From: Bacteroidales bacterium
GTDB taxonomy: Bacteria; Bacteroidota; Bacteroidia; Bacteroidales; UBA7960
NCBI GenBank assembly: GCA_003559475.1
Contig: PWLF01000193.1
Span: forward strand, 1 to 53,453
Direction of reading: 5' to 3'
Length of the DNA stretch: 53,453 bases
In this document: positions 41,201 through 49,834 of the stretch, in pieces
How positions within the stretch are numbered: the first letter of the stretch is position 1
Layout: each line of letters starts with the position of its first letter
The notes under the pieces: model-generated
What the model was told of the DNA's origin: nothing
What the model saw: only the letters and a program-made list of their open reading frames with translations
The model's database searches: none
Translations under genes and position numbers: made by a program

Positions 41201-42538
41201 AACAATGCAGATATCATTAAAGAACAGGATAGCGAAATAAATATTACCGGCAACTGGATTAATCAAGGAACTGTTGATACTGAATTAGGAGGAGTGTTTA
41301 GATTTAGTGGTTCTTCCCATCAAACTATTGACCCCGGCGACAGTGATTTTAATGATATTATATTTGAGAACACTACTGGGTTATGTGGAGATTTAGAAAT
41401 AACCTCTCCAATGGTAATAAACGGCAATGCAGATTTTGATGACGGAGTTGTCTATTTCTCTGATACTGGATCATTATTATTTACAGAAGATGCTACATCA
41501 AACGAAGGCTCTGAAGATAGCTTTGTTGACGGTGAAGTTGAAAAAGAAGGAACAGACGCTTTTGTTTTTCCTATAGGAGAAAGTTGCATTTATGCACCTT
41601 TAGGTATTTCTGAAGCATCAGGTGGAGACCAGGGCGAGTCATTTACTGCAAGGTATTATCATATAGATCCTGATCTAGCCGGACTTGATGTGACAAGCAA
41701 AGAAGCGTCAATTAATAATGTTTCCAGAATGGAATACTGGATTCTTGATAGATCTGACGGAGGAACAAATGAGGTTCAGGTAACCTTAAGCTGGGAGGAT
41801 TCTAGAAGCGGAGGCATTGGAAATCTTAATGACCTAATAGTTGCCCGCTGGGATGATACTCAATGGAATGATAAAGGACAGTCATCAATAACCGGTGATA
41901 TTATGTCAGGCACAATTACCTCAAACTTTATAAGTGATTTTAGCCCGTTTACTCTTAGCTCCGAATCATGGGATAATCCTCTTCCAATCGAACTTCTGAG
42001 CTTTGAAGCAGAATGCGATAAAGATGGGAATGCTTTAATAACCTGGGAAACAGCTACTGAGATAAATAATGACTATTTCATATTGGAAAAATCCAAAGAC
42101 GGAAAAGATTTTACAGAGATAGCTATGATTGAAGGTCAGGGTTATAGCAACAGAATTGTGGAGTATTCATATATTGATGAACACTTGTTTTTCGGAGATA
42201 ATTATTACAGATTAAAACAAGTAGATTTTGACGGTACAACAACAGAATATAACATAATTCACATAAATTGTGATAAAAAATCAGATGAAGCAAAATCAGT
42301 AGTTTACCCAAATCCTTTCAGGTCGGAAATAATTATATATCTTGAGAATATTGAAGATAATCATGTATATTTTGAGATATATAGCGAAACAGGTAGTTTA
42401 ATAACTCGCAAGAGATACGGTATTGAAAGAGATTCTGATAGCTATGTGTTTGAACTTGATGATCTAGAACCCTCAGCATACTTGCTTAGAATAATCTCAG
42501 ACAGGCATTTGTTTAATCATAAGATAATAAAGAATTAA
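35249..42538 (+). CDS. Giant T9SS cargo adhesin-like protein with five ALK/LTK-like glycine-rich domains in Ig-like modules
   Basis: Signal peptide; five FTNC...GR.GP...IQ.W.VP...YGA.GG...ILVGQ.G...GFGGG units; Ig-like WY...G..FTTP.LT..TTYYV.A; PLPIELLSF; CTD VYPNPF...KIIKN. Confidence 0.9.
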   Translation: MRLFKSKQKKFILVFFIKALLLLYNTVISSPPPPNVVEQTIQVFCGENAEFEIDNQDPDYIYFWFSDSEGEEQVGLGEIFETSVLTSNTSYWVGAAEGEIISEEFTFTNCDATGRFGPDQSAVDSEYNGTNLEGDVTVIGDGIQEWIVPKTATYTITTYGAGAGYINEQKGAKISGEFELEEGDTLRILVGQVGLGGDTDDDGRFCGSGMTAVAKYQENDDDIPLIVAGGAGGVSDGSISSPVQSFGIATETANSGTSGGNPDNSEGTDGNAGRSGSTGTWAHPGSGFYESETVGTDGDRSQSFIDGGVGASGDNNAEGGFGGGGVGRHNQRIGGGGGYSGGGSGGNSNNDVGGGGGSYNSGKNQTNKSGYHQGNGLVVISLEVPEVGELSDLTQVDVEIEELSIPDVSELNPDIYCGTSITLSASGSSSNYVWYNDEDDIVGTGENFTTPSLTENTTYYVEAVDTEPENVVLEFTNCKATGRTGPSQADCDFEYLGTNLEGKVNITGYGIQQWVVPYTATYTIEAYGAQGGSGIRGGIGGKGAKMSGEFELEKGQKLDILVGQQGRGGYSNQVGGGGGTFVVMSNAIYEEDILIIAGGGGGYGVGTTTVNQDKAYGSVDVNAKDGVGGESWGAGGVDGNGGDAADSRGSGGGGFFSDGEDGSGNGGRGVSYIKGGLGGHGNTVDGGFGGGGATDENTGWGAASGGGGYTGGGGGYSDSEDDEAAGGGGGSFNSGINQNNEEGVKTGHGLVVISYSVEPQCASDRAPINITVEEIDTPEIVDPNPIISCGGKATLSASGSTGEYVWYNDEDEIVGIGENFTTSILTENTTYYVAAVNSEPANSIWRFTNCRKEGRLGPTQEDADNEYEGTNLEGEVTIIGDGIQQWTVPKTATYTIEAYGAQGGAGTRGGIGGKGAKMSGDFELQEGEVIEILVGQQGDGGYSQEIAGGGGSFVVMGNASNKSDILIIAGGGGGYGVGTTTIHQDVAHATINDNAKNGIGGTSLGIGGVDGAGGGDAESRGSGGGGFISDGADGSGNGGGGKSFLNGGQGGVGNTVDGGFGGGGATDENTGWGAASGGGGYSGGGGGYSDSDDNEAAGGGGSSYNSGANQNNQAGVREGHGLVIISSIVEKKCASDKVPINITVEELISPDVTESDPIISCGSSITLNASGSTNNYVWFNENDEIIGYGNSFTTPRLKNDTIYKVAAIDFQTEVIEYEFTNCGVEGRFGPFQSNVNSEYSGTNLEGNVTVVGYGIQKWEVPYSATYNIQAYGAQGGVGPRSGIGGKGAKISGYFDLEKGDVLEILVGQKGGGSDIDTLEIGGGGGSFVVMENASSEADILIIAGGGGGYGVGTSTNQQNIAHATTENNAKDGFGGNSWGTGGVDGSGGNAANSRGSGGGGFFTDGEDGSGNGGRGRSYLNGGVGGRGYSLDGGFGGGGATDEATSSFGAAGGGGGYSGGGGGYSSSSSNEAAGGGGGSFNSGFNQNNEEAYIEDRHGRVIISYEREFLCLSEKVSINITIDDMESPNINETNPAISCGGITTLTASGSTGYYLWYDEVNEIVGTEDSFNTPVLTENTDYQLEAIDIESEEIEYVFTNCGVEGRTGPSQLDCDTEYSGTNIESEVTINSDGIQEWEIPETGVYTFTAYGARGGGKDINVGRHGYGAIIQADFELNKGDEILILVGQKGSDYSDENGNAGGGGTFIVKVDPQGDYFMDDNSYLGLKVTPLLVAGGGGGAFNDNPIADNDGQTDSYSEYLGEWTDQGGFHWGATGSGEGAGGGFSGTGEEDGSEPTGGGSFLNGYKGDRNYGIGGYYLEESSDYGGFGGGGGYGIFNYGSGGGGFRGGDFCPYNSNTCKSGGGSYIHKSAISAATSDGNFNTTNSDGFDVYDGPVDNLNEYNEDDHGMVIVTYAIEPICFSDRDFVTVEVEFDYYQTLSSGDWDNESTWEECCMTTCNPAESSPLSLFDRDISIRDGHVIDIDGDWTNNADIIKEQDSEINITGNWINQGTVDTELGGVFRFSGSSHQTIDPGDSDFNDIIFENTTGLCGDLEITSPMVINGNADFDDGVVYFSDTGSLLFTEDATSNEGSEDSFVDGEVEKEGTDAFVFPIGESCIYAPLGISEASGGDQGESFTARYYHIDPDLAGLDVTSKEASINNVSRMEYWILDRSDGGTNEVQVTLSWEDSRSGGIGNLNDLIVARWDDTQWNDKGQSSITGDIMSGTITSNFISDFSPFTLSSESWDNPLPIELLSFEAECDKDGNALITWETATEINNDYFILEKSKDGKDFTEIAMIEGQGYSNRIVEYSYIDEHLFFGDNYYRLKQVDFDGTTTEYNIIHINCDKKSDEAKSVVYPNPFRSEIIIYLENIEDNHVYFEIYSETGSLITRKRYGIERDSDSYVFELDDLEPSAYLLRIISDRHLFNHKIIKN
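35567..40980 (+). repeat. Five ~370-aa coding repeats
   Basis: FTNC motifs at 35567, 36671, 37787, 38903 and 40031 (spacings 1104, 1116, 1116 and 1128 nt). Confidence 0.95.
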
Positions 42539-42710
42539 AATTGTGAATCGGCAAGTTTAATATATTGATATTAAGTTTTTTAATAAAAAATTAATATTTC
42601 TAAAGATGTCTGATTAGAGTAAACTAACTTTATGATATTTCAACTTTATAACGTTTTAAAATCAATTCGATAACGCCAATTTTTTATACAATCATTTATA
42701 AAAGAGTTTT

Positions 42711-42718
42711 TAACTTTG
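42711..42718 (+). promoter_or_regulatory. Putative -7 promoter element for the FecCD operon
   Basis: TAACTTTG(CA). Confidence 0.45.
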
Positions 42719-42790
42719 CAATTTGTCAAAAAAACTTATTTTTGTTTTTGATTTAACTAAAAGATAAGGTTTTTTTATACAATTAGCAAA

Positions 42791-43804
42791 GTGAAGAATA
42801 AAATTATTAGATGGGGCATTTTCTTATTATCGCTTGTTTTTTTGGCGATAATAGCATTTTTGGTTGCAATCTCGACCGGAGAGTTTAAAATTTCAATTTT
42901 TGATATTCCTCGTATTCTTATTGAAAAAGAGGGAACGGAATATACGATTATCAATCATCTGAGATTACCCAGAATACTTTTAGGAATAGCCGTTGGAGGT
43001 GGTTTAAGTTTGTCGGGAGCTATACTTCAGGGGATATATAGAAATCCTTTGGTAGAGCCATATACTTTAGGAATTTCCGGTGGTGCCGCTTTTGGTGTCG
43101 CTATGGCTATAGTTTTTGCTTTACCGATGACAATCGGTTACTTTATATTGCCTCTTGCAGGGTTTACCGGTGCTTTAATTACAATTTTTCTAGTCTATTT
43201 TCTTGGAATACGTCAGGGAAATATTAATATCAATAATATGCTTCTGATAGGAGTGATGATCAGCTTTGTCTCTTCAGCAGCTATGATGCTTTTAATGGCT
43301 ATTACAACATCTGATAATCTTCACAGTATTGTTTTTTGGATGATGGGCTCTCTTGATGAGCCAAATATGAGCATAATCCGGATAACTATGATAGTATCTT
43401 TATCCGCCCTTATTTTATCTTTGTTTTTTTCTAACTCTTTGAATGCTTTGCGTTTAGGAGAAACAAATGCGAAGCATTTGGGAATAAATACCGGAGTTGC
43501 TATTCGGATATTATTTGTATTAGCATCGCTTCTGGCAGGTATTTGTGTCGCATCTGCCGGTGTTATCGGGTTTGTCGGACTCGTGATTCCTCATTTGATA
43601 AGGTTGATTGCAGGGTCCGATTTCAGAGTCTTGCTCCCCGGTTCTTTTTTGGGTGGAGCAACATTTTTAATTATATCCGACACTTTAGCACGTACAATAA
43701 TTTCACCCAACGAATTACCAATAGGTGTTATAACAGGAATAGTCGGAGGGATAATGTTTATAATTATTTTGAGTAGATCAAAATCAAACTTTAAAATGAG
43801 TTAA
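42791..43804 (+). CDS. FecCD/BtuC family ABC permease (iron chelate or cobalamin)
   Basis: LRLPR, RNPLVEPYTLGIS.GA, GVIGFVGLVIPH, ELPIGVIT; GTG start. Confidence 0.95.
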   Translation: MKNKIIRWGIFLLSLVFLAIIAFLVAISTGEFKISIFDIPRILIEKEGTEYTIINHLRLPRILLGIAVGGGLSLSGAILQGIYRNPLVEPYTLGISGGAAFGVAMAIVFALPMTIGYFILPLAGFTGALITIFLVYFLGIRQGNININNMLLIGVMISFVSSAAMMLLMAITTSDNLHSIVFWMMGSLDEPNMSIIRITMIVSLSALILSLFFSNSLNALRLGETNAKHLGINTGVAIRILFVLASLLAGICVASAGVIGFVGLVIPHLIRLIAGSDFRVLLPGSFLGGATFLIISDTLARTIISPNELPIGVITGIVGGIMFIIILSRSKSNFKMS

Positions 43805-43807
43805 AAT

Positions 43808-44614
43808 ATGCCATCTTTTTTTTCAATAAAAGATTTTTCTTGTGGTTATTCAAACCGGTATGTCTTGGAAAATATAAACTTTGATATAAGCAAAGGTGTG
43901 TTGTCAGGCATTATTGGTCCTAACGGCTCCGGGAAAACAACCCTTTTCAGAGGGATAACAGGGCAGTTGTCAACAAAAAAAGGGGAAGTTTATCTCAATG
44001 GCAATGATTTGCAAAGAATGACTTATAAAGAAAAAGCAAGGCATATTGCCGTTGTTTCTCAACATACAAACGCAACCGATATTACCGTCGAAGATTACGT
44101 TTTGATGGGAAGACTGCCTCATAGAAAAAAGATGAGATTTTTTGAAACCGCTGAAGACTATGAGATTGCGTATAAGTTTATGGAACTAACAAATGTTATC
44201 CACCTTAAAGATAAACTTATGTCGAAAATAAGTGGCGGAGAACAACAGTTAGCCAACATCGCAAGAGCCCTCACTCAACAACCTGATTTGTTGCTTCTTG
44301 ATGAACCAACATCTCACCTCGATATTACTCATCAGGTACAAATATTAAACCTGATTCAAAAATTAAATCATGAGATGGGGCTTTCCGTATTAATGATTAT
44401 TCACGACCTTAACCTCGCAGGAGAGTACTGTGATTACTTGATAATGCTTAATGACGGCAAAATACACAAAAAAGGTCTTCCCGAAAAGGTGCTAAATTAT
44501 AAAGATATTGAAGAAGTTTATAATACGGTAGTGGTTGTTAAACCAAACCCAATATCAGATAAACCCTCTGTGTTTCTGGTGTCAGAAAAAATATTAAATA
44601 AAATGGAAGATTAA
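43808..44614 (+). CDS. FecE/BtuD family ABC ATP-binding protein
   Basis: GPNGSGKTT, SGGEQQ, LDEPTSHLD, HDLNLA. Confidence 0.95.
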   Translation: MPSFFSIKDFSCGYSNRYVLENINFDISKGVLSGIIGPNGSGKTTLFRGITGQLSTKKGEVYLNGNDLQRMTYKEKARHIAVVSQHTNATDITVEDYVLMGRLPHRKKMRFFETAEDYEIAYKFMELTNVIHLKDKLMSKISGGEQQLANIARALTQQPDLLLLDEPTSHLDITHQVQILNLIQKLNHEMGLSVLMIIHDLNLAGEYCDYLIMLNDGKIHKKGLPEKVLNYKDIEEVYNTVVVVKPNPISDKPSVFLVSEKILNKMED

Positions 44615-44628
44615 AAGGATTATATAAA

Positions 44629-46086
44629 ATGGATGTAAATAATGACTCTGTTAAATTAGTTTCAAACTTGTTTGAAAAATGGAAAGGCAAACCTTGTGAT
44701 AAAATGGTTAAATTGCCTCAAACTGCTTCTGACAGAGAATATTACAGAATATTTTTTGATAAAGAATCTGTAATTGGGGCGTTTAACCCGAATATTGATG
44801 AAAATATTGCTTTTATTGAATTTACTAAACATTTTTCTAAGCATGAAATTCCCGTACCAACCGTAATCTGTGAAAATACTCCGCTAAACAGTTATTTGAT
44901 AAGTGATTTGGGTGATACAACTCTCTTTTCTCTTTTACCATTGACAAAAGAACAAACGGATTTTTCACAAGATGTCATTCATATTTATAAAAAAGTTTTG
45001 GAGTGGTTGCCGGAATTTCAAATTACGGCAGGAAAAGATATTAATTATGATGTTTGTTATCCGCGGAAAGCATTTGATAGCCGGTCTATGTTTTGGGATC
45101 TTAATTATTTCAAATACTTTTTTCTGAAACTTGGAGATATCTTTTTTGATGAAGAAAAACTTGAAGATGAGTTTGTCAAATTAGTAGGTTGGCTAAGCCA
45201 AGCTCCATCCGATTTTTTTATGTTCAGGGATTTTCAATCGAGAAACATAATGATTTTAGATAACAAACCGCGCTTTATCGATTATCAGGGAGGAAGAAAA
45301 GGACCGTTGCAGTACGACCTTGCTTCACTGCTATTTGATGCAAAAGCAAATATCCCTTTTGACCTGAGAATAGAACTTCTGGATTATTATATTAAGCAAA
45401 TAGAAAAATATATTACGGTTGACAAAAAACAGTTTATACATTATTTCTACGGGTTTGTATTGATAAGGATTTTTCAAGCAATGGGGGCTTATGGTTTTAG
45501 AGGATTTCACGAGAAAAAACCGCTGTTTTTGCAAAGTATATTTTATGCTCAAAATAACCTTAAATGGCTGATTGAAAATAATTGCTTTCCGAGAAATTTG
45601 CCTTACTTAAAGGATATTGCTAAGCAAATAATTGAAACCAAAAAGTTTGACAAATATACCTGCGGAGATTATGATCAAGAAAAATTAACGATAACAGTCA
45701 ATTCTTTTTCATATAAAAAAACGCATCCTGTTGATATGAGCGGAAACGGAGGTGGTTTTATGTTTGATTGTCGCGCCCTACCTAATCCCGGAAGGTATAG
45801 TGAGTTTAAGAATCTTTGTGGAAAAGATAAGCCTGTTATAGAATATCTTTCTAAAGAACCTGAGGTTAATGTTTTTATTGAAAAAACATCAGATATTGTG
45901 CTGTCTTCAGCAAAGAAATACATAGATAGGGGCTTTAAGAATTTAATGGTTTCTTATGGTTGTACCGGGGGGCAACATAGATCGGTGTTTTGTGCAGAGA
46001 AATTAGCCGGTATAATTAAAAGTAAACTTGATGTAAATGTTGAAATAAATCATCAACAAGAAGGACTTTCATGGTCTTGTGATTAA
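44629..46086 (+). CDS. AmgK-like anomeric sugar kinase (APH fold) fused to a RapZ C-terminal domain
   Basis: ASDREYYR, RDFQSRNIM, IDYQG, YDLASLL; C-terminal SFSYK, FDCRALPNPG and GCTGGQHRSV. Confidence 0.88.
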   Translation: MDVNNDSVKLVSNLFEKWKGKPCDKMVKLPQTASDREYYRIFFDKESVIGAFNPNIDENIAFIEFTKHFSKHEIPVPTVICENTPLNSYLISDLGDTTLFSLLPLTKEQTDFSQDVIHIYKKVLEWLPEFQITAGKDINYDVCYPRKAFDSRSMFWDLNYFKYFFLKLGDIFFDEEKLEDEFVKLVGWLSQAPSDFFMFRDFQSRNIMILDNKPRFIDYQGGRKGPLQYDLASLLFDAKANIPFDLRIELLDYYIKQIEKYITVDKKQFIHYFYGFVLIRIFQAMGAYGFRGFHEKKPLFLQSIFYAQNNLKWLIENNCFPRNLPYLKDIAKQIIETKKFDKYTCGDYDQEKLTITVNSFSYKKTHPVDMSGNGGGFMFDCRALPNPGRYSEFKNLCGKDKPVIEYLSKEPEVNVFIEKTSDIVLSSAKKYIDRGFKNLMVSYGCTGGQHRSVFCAEKLAGIIKSKLDVNVEINHQQEGLSWSCD

Positions 46087-46101
46087 TTAAAAAAACAAAT
46101 T

Positions 46102-46839
46102 ATGCCAAAAGCAATGATTTTTGCAGCCGGGTTGGGCAAAAGATTGATGCCTCTGACTACTGATAAACCAAAAGCATTAGTTGAAGTTGCAGGGAAACCG
46201 ATGTTGCATTGGGTGGTAGAAAAGCTTGTTAATAGTGGATTTAAGCAAATTGTGATAAATACACATCACTATGCTGAAAAGATGAGAGAGGCTATTGAAA
46301 AATTGCCTTATGATGCTGAATTTATCATTTCTGACGAAAAGAAAGAATTGTTAGATACAGGCGGCGGATTGCTTAAAGCTAAAGAATTTTTGCAAGGGGA
46401 AGAGCCATTTATTGTGCATAATGTTGACGTTTTTTCTGACTTGGATTTGAAACAATTATGGGATTTTCATATAAAAAATAAAGCTATCGCTACTCTTGCA
46501 ACCACAAATAGAAAGTCAACAAGGTATTTTCTCTGGCATAATAATCAATTAGCAGGTTGGGAAAATATTAGTACTAACGAAAAGATAATGACAAGAAACA
46601 TAAGCGAAAATTTTGAAAGAAAAGCTTTTAGCGGAATTCAGGTTTTAAGCCCTGAAGTATTTGATCATATTAATTTTTCAGGCAAATTTTCTATTAAAAA
46701 AGTTTATTTTAATTTAGCTGAGCAAAAAAATATTCTTTCGTTCAATCATAATTCTGATTTTTGGTTTGACCTCGGAACTATTGAAAAAATTAAAACTGCA
46801 GAGAAAATGATAAAGGAAAAAGATTTTTTAAATTATTAA
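46102..46839 (+). CDS. MurU-like sugar-1-phosphate nucleotidyltransferase
   Basis: KAMIFAAGLGKRLMPLT..PKAL, LLDTGGGL, HNVD, WFDLG; follows the amgK-like gene. Confidence 0.88.
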   Translation: MPKAMIFAAGLGKRLMPLTTDKPKALVEVAGKPMLHWVVEKLVNSGFKQIVINTHHYAEKMREAIEKLPYDAEFIISDEKKELLDTGGGLLKAKEFLQGEEPFIVHNVDVFSDLDLKQLWDFHIKNKAIATLATTNRKSTRYFLWHNNQLAGWENISTNEKIMTRNISENFERKAFSGIQVLSPEVFDHINFSGKFSIKKVYFNLAEQKNILSFNHNSDFWFDLGTIEKIKTAEKMIKEKDFLNY

Positions 46840-46841
46840 TA

Positions 46842-46849
46842 TAACTTTG
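46842..46849 (+). promoter_or_regulatory. -7 promoter element directly before the symporter start codon
   Basis: TAACTTTG-CTGAT-ATG. Confidence 0.55.
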
Positions 46850-46854
46850 CTGAT

Positions 46855-48087
46855 ATGACGTTTTTTAAAAATTTAAAAAAGATAAAGCTGCACTGGCAGA
46901 TATTAATTGCTTTAATTTTAAGTGTTTTTTTCGGTATATATTTTTCAGAGTATGTTGATTATGTAACCTGGATGGGTGACTTATTTTTGCGTGCTCTTGC
47001 GATGATTATTGTGCCTTTGATTTTCTCTTCAATAGTAACAGGCGTGTCGGGGATTGGAAGTGGTAAAAATCTTGGCAGGGTAGGGTTTAAGACTTTTGGT
47101 TATTACATTACCACAAGCTTGTTTGCTATATTTACCGGTTTGATATTGGTAAATTTGATTAGTCCGGGAGTTGGAGTGGATGCGTTAACTGAAAATGTTG
47201 AAGAGATTGAGCCTGTGCCTCTTCTTGATACAATAATAGGTATTGTTCCTTCAAATATTTTTCAGGCAATGGCTGAGGGTGATATGCTTGCAATAATTTT
47301 CTTTGCAATAATTTTCGGTTTTTTTACAACTCGTGTTTCTTCAAAATACAGTGCTCCGATAGAGAGTTTTTTTAAGGCGGTCTTTGAAGTAATGATGAAG
47401 GTAACAATGTTTGTTATCAGGTTTTCTCCGTTAGGGATTTTTGGTATAGTTTCCGGAACGGTAGCTGATCAAGCAGCTGACCCGGAAGCATTGCTTAATT
47501 TATTTGGTAGATTAGGGTTATACATGGCTACTGTTATTTTAGCATTGGCAATTCATTCAACTATTACTTTACCGCTCATTTTGGGAGGAATAGGCAGAGC
47601 AAATCCTCGTATTCACTTTAAGAATATGTCGGTACCTCTTCTAACAGCTTTTTCAACTTCATCGAGCAATGCAACTTTGCCACTTACTATGGATGCAGTT
47701 ACTACAAAAAGCGGTGTTTCAAAAAAAACATCCGGTTTTGTTTTACCTTTGGGCGCAACTATAAACATGGATGGAACTGCGCTTTATGAGTGCGTTGCTG
47801 TGATGTTTATAGCTCAGGCTTATGGGCATGATCTGGCATTTTTCGAGCAATTTTTAGTGGTTTTTACTGCACTTTTAGCATCTATTGGTGCTGCAGGAAT
47901 ACCTATGGCGGGCTTGGTTGTTATTACCATTATTCTTAGTGTTGTTGGAATACCATTGGAAGGAGTCGGGCTTATTCTTGCAGTTGACAGAATACTGGAT
48001 ATGTTCAGAACTTCGGTTAATGTATGGAGCGACTCTTGTGGTGCTGTCGTTATTGCCAAAAGTGAAAAAGAAGAACTAAAAGTTTGA
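46855..48087 (+). CDS. Dicarboxylate/amino acid:cation symporter (GltP/SDF family)
   Basis: AFSTSSSNATLP, LPLGATINMDG, ASIGAAGIP, VDRILDMFRTSVNV. Confidence 0.96.
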   Translation: MTFFKNLKKIKLHWQILIALILSVFFGIYFSEYVDYVTWMGDLFLRALAMIIVPLIFSSIVTGVSGIGSGKNLGRVGFKTFGYYITTSLFAIFTGLILVNLISPGVGVDALTENVEEIEPVPLLDTIIGIVPSNIFQAMAEGDMLAIIFFAIIFGFFTTRVSSKYSAPIESFFKAVFEVMMKVTMFVIRFSPLGIFGIVSGTVADQAADPEALLNLFGRLGLYMATVILALAIHSTITLPLILGGIGRANPRIHFKNMSVPLLTAFSTSSSNATLPLTMDAVTTKSGVSKKTSGFVLPLGATINMDGTALYECVAVMFIAQAYGHDLAFFEQFLVVFTALLASIGAAGIPMAGLVVITIILSVVGIPLEGVGLILAVDRILDMFRTSVNVWSDSCGAVVIAKSEKEELKV

Positions 48088-48091
48088 TTTT

Positions 48092-49666
48092 TTATTCAAA
48101 AGCATCTTCTTTTAATTTTTTAAGCTCCGGAATACCTTTTGTTTTATTATCTTTTATCAGAGCTTTAACAAGACTATAACAGCAAGCTAAAACAATTATA
48201 CTTTGCGGTAATCCTGCTGATATAGAAGCTGCTTGCAGAGAGCTCAAGCCTCCGGCTAAAAGTAATGCAGCCGCAGCAGCCCCCTCCGTTACACCCCAAA
48301 AAATACGTGTGCCGGTTAACGGATTTGGATTACCACCGGAAGTCATCATATCTGTTACTAAAGAACCCGAATCAGAAGATGTTATGAAAAATATTAGAAT
48401 AAGCAAAACTCCAAGCCATTGCGTAATTGTAGATATTGGCAAATGCCCCAATAATGCATGTAACGCCATGGCTTCATTATCCATAATAATATTTGATAAT
48501 CCACCATCACCGAAAATCTCAATGTTTAAAGCTGTCCCGCCGAATACCGAAAACCAAAAAAAGGTTACAATTGTTGGAATAAATAGTACGTAAAGAATAA
48601 ACTGTCGTATAGTCCTTCCCTTTGAAACGCGTGCTATAAAAATTCCTACAAAAGGACACCAGGAAAGCCACCAACCCCAATAAAATAAAGTCCAATTTGA
48701 CTGCCATTCAAAATCAGTACCAAAGTCAATCCTTAAGCTTGTACCTACTATGTTTTGAAGATAATCACCTAAAGTGCCTGTAAAAACACTTATTTGAAAT
48801 AATGTAGGACCAAAAATAAAAACAAACAGCATCAGCGAGAACATTAAAATTAAGTTTGTAATACTTAGATATTTTATGCCTCTGTGTAACCCCGTAACTA
48901 ATGAAACTACTGCTATGGCAGTTACTATTGTGATTATTATAACTTGTATATTGGTGCTGACAGGAATTCCTGTCAAAGCATTTATTCCCGAATTTAACTG
49001 CATGGCACCAAGCCCCAAAGAAGTAGCTACTCCCAATAATGTCGCGATTGTACAAAAAATATCTATAAAATGACCCGCCCAACCAAAAATCCTGTTACCA
49101 ATAATTGGATAAAACAGAGAGCGTGGCGCCAACGGAAGCTTATGACGAAAATGAAAGTATGAAATGCCAAGTGCAAAAATTATATATATCGCCCAGGGGT
49201 GAAAACCCCAATGAAAAAATGAATACCTCATAGACTCCCGAAAGGAATCCATGGTCTCAGGTTCAGATAAAGGTGGTTGTTTATAGTGCATTATCGGCTC
49301 GGCAACTCCCCAAAATACCAAACCCATGCCCATTCCGGCTGCAAATAGCATCGAAAACCACTCAAAGTTACTGAATTCAGGCTTTGAATCTACGCCACCA
49401 AGACGAATCTTGCCAAAACGACTCAAATATAACCATATAACAAATGTCAAAAATAATGATACTATAATAATATAATACCATCCAAAATTTTTTGATATAA
49501 AGTTTAAAACATTATTAAATAAAACTCCTGCCGACTCTGTCCAAATGGCTCCGTATAGAATTATTGAAAGTATGCCAATCGCTGCTCCAAGAAATACAGG
49601 TGGACTTACCTTATAAACCCATCCAAAAACTTTATTAAAAATTCTCTTAAATTGCCCGTTAATCAT
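48092..49666 (-). CDS. BCCT family betaine/choline/carnitine transporter
   Basis: WFSMLFAAGMGMGLVFWGVAEP, FHWGFHPWAIY, WTLFYWGWW, FFITSSDSG. Confidence 0.96.
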   Translation of the reverse strand: MINGQFKRIFNKVFGWVYKVSPPVFLGAAIGILSIILYGAIWTESAGVLFNNVLNFISKNFGWYYIIIVSLFLTFVIWLYLSRFGKIRLGGVDSKPEFSNFEWFSMLFAAGMGMGLVFWGVAEPIMHYKQPPLSEPETMDSFRESMRYSFFHWGFHPWAIYIIFALGISYFHFRHKLPLAPRSLFYPIIGNRIFGWAGHFIDIFCTIATLLGVATSLGLGAMQLNSGINALTGIPVSTNIQVIIITIVTAIAVVSLVTGLHRGIKYLSITNLILMFSLMLFVFIFGPTLFQISVFTGTLGDYLQNIVGTSLRIDFGTDFEWQSNWTLFYWGWWLSWCPFVGIFIARVSKGRTIRQFILYVLFIPTIVTFFWFSVFGGTALNIEIFGDGGLSNIIMDNEAMALHALLGHLPISTITQWLGVLLILIFFITSSDSGSLVTDMMTSGGNPNPLTGTRIFWGVTEGAAAAALLLAGGLSSLQAASISAGLPQSIIVLACCYSLVKALIKDNKTKGIPELKKLKEDAFE

Positions 49667-49834
49667 AAATAAAATGTGTTTTTTGATTTTTTCGGCTCGA
49701 AAAATACAAAGAATTAATCAAACTAAAAACTTAAATTGCAAAAGTTTTTAAGTTTAACAATGTAATTATTTGTAGAGGTAAAATAAAAAAATTATATATT
49801 TACAAAAGTTTTTGGAACAATATATTTCAAAATA

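Noticed and set aside
42540-42790. Cobalamin riboswitch or Fur box before the FecCD genes
   Set aside because: Very AT-rich, with no B12-box-like motif or convincing palindrome.
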